Virus record (IMG/VR): IMGVR_UViG_3300020037_002418
Strand: one strand, 5' to 3'
Source of the DNA: an uncultured virus (IMG/VR IMGVR_UViG_3300020037_002418)
Lineage: Duplodnaviria > Heunggongvirae > Uroviricota > Caudoviricetes
DNA length: 64,000 nucleotides
In this document: positions 57,291 through 64,000 of the stretch, one piece after another
How positions within the stretch are numbered: position 1 is the stretch's first letter
Layout: every line of letters begins with the position of its first letter
The notes under the pieces: model-generated
The model's input: only the letters and a program-made list of their open reading frames with translations
Databases searched by the model: none
What the model was told of the DNA's origin: nothing
Translations under genes and position numbers: made by a program

Positions 57291-57342
57291 CCTTGCTCAC
57301 CCCCTAAAAGAAGTACATTCGGCCTGCGTAGGCCGTTTTGAC

Positions 57343-57807
57343 CTAGACTTCAACAGTGGCCTTCTTCTTGGCCTTGCCTAGTTTCTCCTCGATGAGGATG
57401 GCTCGCTCTTCCGCCTTCTTAGCAAAGGCCTTAGCGGCATCCTTCGCCTTCTGTTCGGCTTCGATCAGGGCGTTCTCCCGTTTAGCCAACTCCGCTTCAT
57501 GCACTTCATAGGCATCAGCCGGGGCCTCACGGGGAAAGCTCCACGAACCGCTGTTCTTGGTGGTCTCGTTGGGCTTGTCGTGAATCCAGTGGGTAGTGTG
57601 GTGACAGCCCGCCTTGTGCTGGAGCATCCCATTGAACGGGTAGACAGTGACCTTAATGCGGCCAGGTCCTTCTACCTCCGATACGATAGCGGGAGCGGCG
57701 TTCCGCTTGTCCCCATAGGCGTGGTAGATAACGCCATCACTGACTTTCGGGGTCGGCTGGAGCCTCTGTCGCTGTTCCGCTAACTGGTTCCACACTTCGC
57801 TGCTCAT
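57343..57807 (-). CDS. hypothetical protein
   Basis: P.V.D.V.Y...APAIV pattern with coiled-coil tail. Confidence 0.55.
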   Translation of the reverse strand: MSSEVWNQLAEQRQRLQPTPKVSDGVIYHAYGDKRNAAPAIVSEVEGPGRIKVTVYPFNGMLQHKAGCHHTTHWIHDKPNETTKNSGSWSFPREAPADAYEVHEAELAKRENALIEAEQKAKDAAKAFAKKAEERAILIEEKLGKAKKKATVEV

Positions 57808-57900
57808 CGGATTCCTTTCCTGAAACCTCGTATCCTTCACTCATGGCGTAAATGATGAAGGGTGTTAAAAACTGAAAGTCTTCTTCTAGCCAGATTGCAC

Positions 57901-59667
57901 TCATACTGACTGTCCCGGCCCCATGTTCACGTAACCGTCGGTCTCTTTCTCTAGCTCAGCCTTAAGCTGCTTGGCAGCGTGGTAGGCCAGGCTCCCCGTA
58001 CTGCGATAGCTATCCGGTGGAATATAAGCTATCCCGTCACGGAACCGACCATAAATATACTCGCTCAGGTACTCAACAGCCATTACGCAGTCGTACAGCC
58101 GCTCAGCCTGACCGTCATCCGTGGGCACCGGATTCCCTTCCGGGTCCTTCACCACTGCCTTCCGGAAGGCCCGGATCTCTTTCATGGTGGACGGGCAGCG
58201 GTAGGAGAACATCAGCCGGGGCCAGCCATTCTCGGTTGGCTCCATGAGATCCCGAACCGTTCTCCGTCGCAGGGCCTTATCGTTACAGCCCCGCATGAAC
58301 CCACTATTCGTGGTTCTGCTAATGAGCCCCCTAGTCCTAAACTCTCGCTCGTAGGCTGCGAAGACGGTGACGTCCGAGGCTACGGTAGTCTGCCGGCCGA
58401 TCATCTGATCCATGATGAAGGCTTCGAAGCGGAACCCACCTACCCGATCCTTGACGGCATCAGCCAGCATGGCGGGGGTGTACTTCCGGACGATGATCTC
58501 TTCTTCAATGATCAGGCGGTTCCCTAGGTCGAGCTCCTCGGGAGGCGGCACCACCCCAATCAGGCAGGCTGTCCGGGTATGGCTGGGGTCGATGACTAGG
58601 TACCGGGTCCAGTGCGGGGGGAACCGGGTCGGGTCATTGGTCAGCATGTTGCAGAGCGTCTGGTGCGGATTCTCTGGCTTCTCGACTTGCTTAGGCCGGA
58701 CCTCGTGGATCGCTGCCCCGAAGTTGTACATCTGCCGGCCGCTGATGAACGAACTGATATCGCCCTGGTTACGGTGGGCCTCGTCATCGTCATCGTCCAT
58801 ACGGGCCAGCATCTGCTGGATACCCTTACGGTCGGAGTAGGGATTGTCGGAGCCAATGAGCCGGAAGACTTCGATAGGCTTCTCGGGGTTGTCCTTCTCC
58901 CGCTCCGCCCGGTCGAGCGTCTTGATCAGGGCCTCGTTCGCTACCTGGGGCCACACGGACCACAGGAACCAGCCGCACGTTGTCGCGAGACGGTCCTGCC
59001 ATTCCTTTAAGAACGAGCTCTTCTCAATGTCTTCGTCTATCCAGATCCCGTCTACCGCATCACCCTTCTTCGGGGCGTCGCCGGTACTCGGATAGGCACA
59101 AATCGTCACCCCATTCTTGAGACGGACTGACCGGAAGACGTGGCCCGCCGCACTCTCCATGTGCCAGGAGCCGGGCTCGATCATGTGCTCCCCAAAGAGA
59201 GGCGGTGATAGCTCACTGTCGTTGTATCGCTCCCGGTCATAGTTCGGGTTATAGGCCCGCCACTTGTGAGTCTGGAGGTCCTGGATGATCCGGAAGTTGG
59301 CACCGTCCCCGAGGCCAGGAGAGAATAGGCGGTGATAGAGGGTTTGGCCAATGTGATTGACGTCATACCCAATCACCCAATACAGACCAGGGTTGCGTTT
59401 AGATGGGGCACGGAAGCGGAGCGGGATCTTAGTTCCGTCTTGACGGGTAATAGGGATGCCAAGAATGCGGCTTCCCAGCTCTAAAACCACACTCAACGTT
59501 TTTCCTGACCGCTTCCCACCAATTGTGAGGACTTCAGACGCCGGAGATTCGTGTACGGGGAGCTGGAACTCAGTAGGACGGTAGACCTCCAGTGGATGCT
59601 TCTCGTACTGTTCCAGGGCATGGATGCCCTTTTGGATATCAGCGAGTTGGTGCTTAAGGTTGGCCAT
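57901..59667 (-). CDS. terminase large subunit
   Basis: YRPTEFQ, GGKRSGKT (Walker A), IWIDED (Walker B), nuclease VIDPS and DCVMAVEY. Confidence 0.85.
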   Translation of the reverse strand: MANLKHQLADIQKGIHALEQYEKHPLEVYRPTEFQLPVHESPASEVLTIGGKRSGKTLSVVLELGSRILGIPITRQDGTKIPLRFRAPSKRNPGLYWVIGYDVNHIGQTLYHRLFSPGLGDGANFRIIQDLQTHKWRAYNPNYDRERYNDSELSPPLFGEHMIEPGSWHMESAAGHVFRSVRLKNGVTICAYPSTGDAPKKGDAVDGIWIDEDIEKSSFLKEWQDRLATTCGWFLWSVWPQVANEALIKTLDRAEREKDNPEKPIEVFRLIGSDNPYSDRKGIQQMLARMDDDDDEAHRNQGDISSFISGRQMYNFGAAIHEVRPKQVEKPENPHQTLCNMLTNDPTRFPPHWTRYLVIDPSHTRTACLIGVVPPPEELDLGNRLIIEEEIIVRKYTPAMLADAVKDRVGGFRFEAFIMDQMIGRQTTVASDVTVFAAYEREFRTRGLISRTTNSGFMRGCNDKALRRRTVRDLMEPTENGWPRLMFSYRCPSTMKEIRAFRKAVVKDPEGNPVPTDDGQAERLYDCVMAVEYLSEYIYGRFRDGIAYIPPDSYRSTGSLAYHAAKQLKAELEKETDGYVNMGPGQSV

Positions 59668-60209
59668 TACTCTAAGTTCTGGGCCGAGCCCGTGATGGTG
59701 CGGATAGCTTCCTTCTTGGCGTCTGGTGTTTCCATCTTCGCCATGATGGCTGCCATCTTCAGGGTGAGTCGGGCCTCGATCTCCGCCTTCGTGAGGTTGT
59801 TCCAGTCCTGCTCCACCTGAGTGCTCTCCACCTTAGCGTGGATACTCATGAGCTTAGCCACGAATGAGAGGGCCTGGGACTTCTTGCCGGTAGCGGCGAG
59901 GTCCTTCACCCACTGAGAGAGATCCTTGCAGAGCGGCTCCACTCCCCCGTACTCGTCGTAGAACCCATCCACGATCTGAGCCAACGGCTCTAGCGTCTTG
60001 CCGTTGCCGTACTTAGCAATGACTTGGGCTACCTTCTGGCCAGCCATCGCCACCTTCTGGTCGTAGATGGCCATCGACGCTTCGAGGGGCAGGCACTTAT
60101 TGCACCGCAGGTCTAACGGCAGGCTGTTGTAGCAACTAGCCGGGAGCCAGGTCTTGCACTGCGGACAAAAGAGCTGCTTCTCTTCTGGGTTTACTTGGGA
60201 ATCGCCCAT
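59667..60209 (-). CDS. putative terminase small subunit (Zn finger)
   Basis: Immediately upstream of terL; CPQC..CNKC; helical C-terminus. Confidence 0.5.
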   Translation of the reverse strand: MGDSQVNPEEKQLFCPQCKTWLPASCYNSLPLDLRCNKCLPLEASMAIYDQKVAMAGQKVAQVIAKYGNGKTLEPLAQIVDGFYDEYGGVEPLCKDLSQWVKDLAATGKKSQALSFVAKLMSIHAKVESTQVEQDWNNLTKAEIEARLTLKMAAIMAKMETPDAKKEAIRTITGSAQNLE

Positions 60210-61861
60210 ACATCTCCAGATGCTCTGAGTTTGTAACCGTTGTTCTCAGCGAACTCATCGACCATCCGACGGAGCTTAGGAGTCTCATACCCCAGTCCCG
60301 CCAGCAAGCCGCCTTCCGTGATGTGCTTGAACCAGGTCTCCAGCTTCTCTTCCGTCAGAGACCGCTCGATAAACACCAAGTCCAGGTGATGCTGGTCTTC
60401 AGGATAAGGGAACTTTCTGCCAGACAGGTCGGCCATTACCCGTCCTGATTCTAGCTCGTGCTGAAAGCTCTTCGCAAACTGCTCGGCCGGCTCGGTGCTG
60501 AACTGGTAGGTCAGCGTAGAGTCGAGGGCGTACAGGTGCGATCCTTCCGGGAGTCCTTCCAGGATGGCGGCAGCCGATTGACCGGAGCCGGCGTGAGCTA
60601 CGGCCACTTCAATGGGCCCATCGTTCTTCTCAACCAGCCAGTTCGTGAGGGCGGCGATGTTGTCGATGGACTCGTTGCTGATTTCGGTAGGGATAGCAGC
60701 TACCTTATAGCCACCGACAATACGGTGCTTGAGGGCGTGGCCGTTCTGCTTCTCTAGGGCGATAGCCACTGAGTTCTCAACACCAGCCATCTCGGCGTGG
60801 GTATTCACCAAGGGCGGAGTGCCATTAGTCACTATCGGCTCGTTGTCGAGCTTGACGTCGGCATACTGACTGCCGGTTTCCTTTTCTCGTTCCATGAGGA
60901 CGCGAGCTTCTTCCAGATCTTCCGGGGAGAGATAGACCTCATTCTGATCGTGACGCAGGGTCTGGCCCCGCCGACCGATATGGTCAGGTAGATTGCTGGT
61001 GTAGTCCACAATTCGCTTCTCGTCTTGGATTGACGTGTTGCAGTTCAGGGCCTCTCGCATCTCTTCGGCCACAATCTCCAGAGTAGCCACCCGGGGCTTA
61101 CCAACCCGCTTTGGCTTGTTGTGCAGAGCCCAGGAGTTGCAAGCAGCGAAGCAGACGTCGTAACCCTTCTTGATCTTCCAGTACACGCTCAGGTTGCGGG
61201 TGGCGAAGCAGTCTTCTGTTCCCCGCTTCTCACACTTGTCCTTGTCGTGCTCGTAGTCGAAGAACGGCTTAGGGGGGCCATCGAAGATGTTCGTGGTGAA
61301 TAGGCAGCAACCCGTAGGCAGCGACGACATCGGGTGAATGCCAGCCAGCTTCTCAGCCTCACGGCGAGTCAGCATCTCTTGCTTCCAGCCCGAGTCCAGG
61401 CCGTTCGTCTCTACGTTGGTCCACTGGAAGAGATACGGCACCTCACCACCATCACTGATGCCAGGACGGTTGATCGGGTGCGGGGGAGGACCGCAGTAGG
61501 GAGCCGCAATGACAGTCGGGATGCCCTGCTTCAGCCGGTCAAAGGCGAAGGTGAAGGCCTCGTCCAAGAACAGCTTGGCAGAGGGGTCCTTGCCGTAGTA
61601 GGCATCTGGCTCGTTGTCCGAGTCCAGCATCAGCAGCATATCGCAGCCGGCTTCCTTGGCCTCACGTACGGCCAGATTCCTGGTCATATACACCGGGGTA
61701 TCCGAGTAGATTCCCACTACCACCGTCTCGACCCGTGGGTCATTGAGCAGTCGGTTGTAGGCCTTACCCCACCAGACCATGAGTTCAGGGATGACCGAAG
61801 ACACTCCGCCGTTACCACCGTACGCATAGATGGCAACTGCGATCCGTACCGTGCTTTTCAT
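60191..61861 (-). CDS. GT-A glycosyltransferase fused to a degenerate class I methyltransferase-like domain
   Basis: RN.AV..A...DMLLMLDSD (DxD), TED..; C-terminal AGSGQSA...LYALD...DLVFI...GGLLAG. Confidence 0.7.
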   Translation of the reverse strand: MKSTVRIAVAIYAYGGNGGVSSVIPELMVWWGKAYNRLLNDPRVETVVVGIYSDTPVYMTRNLAVREAKEAGCDMLLMLDSDNEPDAYYGKDPSAKLFLDEAFTFAFDRLKQGIPTVIAAPYCGPPPHPINRPGISDGGEVPYLFQWTNVETNGLDSGWKQEMLTRREAEKLAGIHPMSSLPTGCCLFTTNIFDGPPKPFFDYEHDKDKCEKRGTEDCFATRNLSVYWKIKKGYDVCFAACNSWALHNKPKRVGKPRVATLEIVAEEMREALNCNTSIQDEKRIVDYTSNLPDHIGRRGQTLRHDQNEVYLSPEDLEEARVLMEREKETGSQYADVKLDNEPIVTNGTPPLVNTHAEMAGVENSVAIALEKQNGHALKHRIVGGYKVAAIPTEISNESIDNIAALTNWLVEKNDGPIEVAVAHAGSGQSAAAILEGLPEGSHLYALDSTLTYQFSTEPAEQFAKSFQHELESGRVMADLSGRKFPYPEDQHHLDLVFIERSLTEEKLETWFKHITEGGLLAGLGYETPKLRRMVDEFAENNGYKLRASGDVWAIPK

Positions 61862-61870
61862 TGTTTCCTC

Positions 61871-61910
61871 AAAATAAAAGCCCCCTCGGTGTACGGAGCA
61901 CCGAGGGGGC
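61871..61910 (-). terminator. intrinsic terminator after the capsid genes
   Basis: GCCCCCTCGGTG/CACCGAGGGGGC perfect stem plus TTTTATTTT on the - strand. Confidence 0.75.
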
Positions 61911-62011
61911 CGAACCCCAGATGGTTTCCCATCTCACCCGCTGCTCAGGAGAAAACAGCGGGTTTCTTGCTCTGGTTGCGTCTCCGTAAAACGCTCCCAG
62001 TTATTAGCTGA

Positions 62012-62638
62012 TTACCAAGGAAGGTCGAGGTAGACGAGTACGTTCGCTGCCGTGGTGGCAGTCGTGCTCATCGCCACGCCCAGCCGGTTCAAAGCCGCAC
62101 TCATGCAGTAGGTCGCATTGCTCGTCGAGATGATCGACGTGATGCGGCCCGCCGTGGTGGCTTGGCTCGTGGCCGCCGTAATGGCGATCACATAGTCATC
62201 CTTCACCAAGGCATTAGCATCGAGCGACTTCTTCACCAAGCACGGACCCTTCACGACCAACCAGAAGTAGTCGTTAGTGGCCACGCCCGTGGACGGCAGG
62301 AACTCATCGACGATGCCAGCAACTACGCCGGAATCGAGCGACACGTAGCCATCCACTTCTTTACCTTCCATATTCGTCTTCCACACGCACGCCCGGCCCG
62401 GAAGCAGGGAGATTGCACTGGAGTTGCGAACCAGGATGCACTCGACGTTGCCACCCGAGCGGGGGCCGAGGACAGTCGTGTTGCCAGTCAGGGTGCTGGA
62501 ATAATCCAGATCCTTGAAGGCCTTGCGAATGCCACGGATCGCCGTGCTGGTCGTCGAGCTCGTGTCTGCCGTCCGGTTAGGGCCGGTCAGGTAAGTCTTC
62601 CCACGTTGGGGAAGGGAAACAACATTGTCAGCGGCCAT
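62012..62638 (-). CDS. capsid decoration or cement protein
   Basis: Follows MCP; CILVRN...G.A..W...VAGIVDE...V...DYFWLVVKGP. Confidence 0.65.
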   Translation of the reverse strand: MAADNVVSLPQRGKTYLTGPNRTADTSSTTSTAIRGIRKAFKDLDYSSTLTGNTTVLGPRSGGNVECILVRNSSAISLLPGRACVWKTNMEGKEVDGYVSLDSGVVAGIVDEFLPSTGVATNDYFWLVVKGPCLVKKSLDANALVKDDYVIAITAATSQATTAGRITSIISTSNATYCMSAALNRLGVAMSTTATTAANVLVYLDLPW

Positions 62639-62688
62639 ATTTAAGTTCCTCGCCCGGCAGTGGGTTTTTGCCCTTTACCGGCTCTGAG

Positions 62689-63288
62689 TCAAAGTCCTGA
62701 TTGAATGGGGTTCTTAACCAACGGGCCGTTTAATATCCGTGAGGCCCACACCATCATTTCTTCATCGGACATCACACTCTTCATCCAATTAGCTGCCTTA
62801 CAAACCAGCCGCACATTGGACTCCGTGTAACCAATCGCATTGTCTATGCGGTCGATTGTCACGTTCGTGTAAACGCCCTTCCCTTGGCCTTGGATGTGTG
62901 TCATCGGAATCCCGGTTATTGCACACTTACCGTCCTGCTCTCTCCACCTACGCATGAGCAGCTCGTGTGTCACCTCTGATTCCGCAGCCATCAACCTCCG
63001 CCTCACGGTGTTTCTTCGCTGGCCAGACGTGGCTTTATGGGCCCGCCAAAGACATCGAAGATAAGCATCCGTGTTTTCAGTTTTGTAAGTTCTGGTTCTC
63101 TTCGTGTTGCATGAGTTGCATCTAGTTTCTCTGCCATTTGCTGTGTGCCTGGCTGGATAAAAGTTCTCCAGTGGGACCCACAGATGACAGCTAGAGCACT
63201 CTTGCTTTCCGTCGATCACCAGCTTCTTTGGCCTACCGGCTTTTTTGCCGTTAGGCACATACGATAATTCACTACTGCTTGTACCCAT
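62689..63288 (-). CDS. HNH/Zn-finger homing endonuclease
   Basis: CSSC..F...CNSC; QDGKCAITG..M...IDRIDN..GY...NVRLVC...N.MK; AGGAGG RBS. Confidence 0.85.
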   Translation of the reverse strand: MGTSSSELSYVPNGKKAGRPKKLVIDGKQECSSCHLWVPLENFYPARHTANGRETRCNSCNTKRTRTYKTENTDAYLRCLWRAHKATSGQRRNTVRRRLMAAESEVTHELLMRRWREQDGKCAITGIPMTHIQGQGKGVYTNVTIDRIDNAIGYTESNVRLVCKAANWMKSVMSDEEMMVWASRILNGPLVKNPIQSGL

Positions 63289-63351
63289 AAAACCTCCTGA
63301 GGTTGCGACAAGTGTATTCCACAAGTCGTTAGCCAGCAAGAGGATATCGTG

Positions 63352-63999
63352 TCAAGCATAATTTTTGAGTTTGGCCAAAAACTTAGGACTTAAACTGCAC
63401 TGGCCGTAGAATCCCGAGGCCCACAGAGCGGCAAAGCCAGCCCGAGGATCTTCGGTGGGTCCACGCATCCAGAACAGTTCCGGCATCCAGGAGGCGATCT
63501 CCACGGTGCTGGTGTTGACCATGTAGCCGGTGTTGGCCGGGCAATCGAAGTCCGCACTGATCGTGCAACCGTCTTGGTTCAACACGTTGCCGGCGAAGCC
63601 CAGGTCATTGGCCGTCTTGGCGGGAACCGAGATTCGGCGGATGGCCTCTTCGTGGTTCTTGTAGGCCTGGAACAGGTTGGGAGCCAGGGAGCAGATCTCG
63701 GGCATTCCATCGTCGCCACCTTGGATGGTGAGCCAGGTGATGGTCTGACCGATCACACGCCAGCAGTTGTCCTCGAACGTGGTGGAGCCGGTGCCCCAGC
63801 CCGTGCTGGACCAGTTCACCAGTTTCGGTGAGAAGTAATCGTATTCCACATCGCCCTGTCCATCCGGCCAGTCGTTGGCCAGCGTGGCATTGGGGGAAGT
63901 CGTGAGGTTGGCACTCCACGTTCCGCCTTGATTGGCGAGAGCCGTCGAGAGACCCGCATAGGTCGTGCTCGGTTCAGCGATGCGGTCACCAGCAGCAGG
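63352..63999 (-). CDS. major capsid protein, 3' part (runs off the window)
   Basis: Frame open to the window edge; TYAGLS, LGFAG.VL.QDG..I..DFDCPANTGYMVN patterns typical of HK97-fold capsids; upstream of the decoration gene. Confidence 0.7.
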   Translation of the reverse strand, partial: PAAGDRIAEPSTTYAGLSTALANQGGTWSANLTTSPNATLANDWPDGQGDVEYDYFSPKLVNWSSTGWGTGSTTFEDNCWRVIGQTITWLTIQGGDDGMPEICSLAPNLFQAYKNHEEAIRRISVPAKTANDLGFAGNVLNQDGCTISADFDCPANTGYMVNTSTVEIASWMPELFWMRGPTEDPRAGFAALWASGFYGQCSLSPKFLAKLKNYA

Positions 64000-64000
64000 A

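Noticed and set aside
62640..63352. Group I intron in the capsid gene housing the HNH
   Set aside because: The capsid ORF ends with a plausible C-terminus, the HNH has its own RBS, and the flanks are too short for an intron core
1..64000. Stop-codon reassignment, integrase/att sites, reverse transcriptase or DGR, DNA polymerase
   Set aside because: Genes are intact in the standard code with TAG, TGA and TAA all used as stops, and none of these enzymes' motifs were recognised in the window

Overview
The window is a 64-kb segment of a tailed dsDNA bacteriophage or prophage-like element. The host is probably a planctomycete, inferred from a prepilin-type FTLVELL protein, FxIRDLL and NPY membrane-protein motifs, CsrA and a papain-like peptidase. 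From 1 to 25.3 kb, + strand early and middle genes include many small ORFs, two atypical tRNA-like genes, HNH endonucleases, a ParB-like protein, a DUF3102-like protein, an SF2 helicase and a DUF559-like nuclease. From 25.3 to 64 kb, - strand late genes include the partial major capsid protein, a decoration protein, a glycosyltransferase, the terminase subunits, portal, adaptor, tail proteins, large internal proteins and a putative lysis block, interrupted by small + strand islands. The standout is a compact cassette at 9.85-15.73 kb encoding an ARC/Mpa-type proteasomal AAA+ ATPase, a free prokaryotic E2-like protein, a ubiquitin-like/E2 fusion with an internal KG junction, a JAB peptidase and an E1/ThiF enzyme. 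Together these look like a complete phage-borne ubiquitin-like tag-and-unfold system. Other notable signals are a dispersed 7-copy CGGCC-N5/6-GGCCG element, a duplicated covarying hairpin leader, two long structured non-coding regions, a 16S-complementary minigene and a CarF/TMEM189-type lipid desaturase. All family calls come from motif recognition by eye; no database searches were run.
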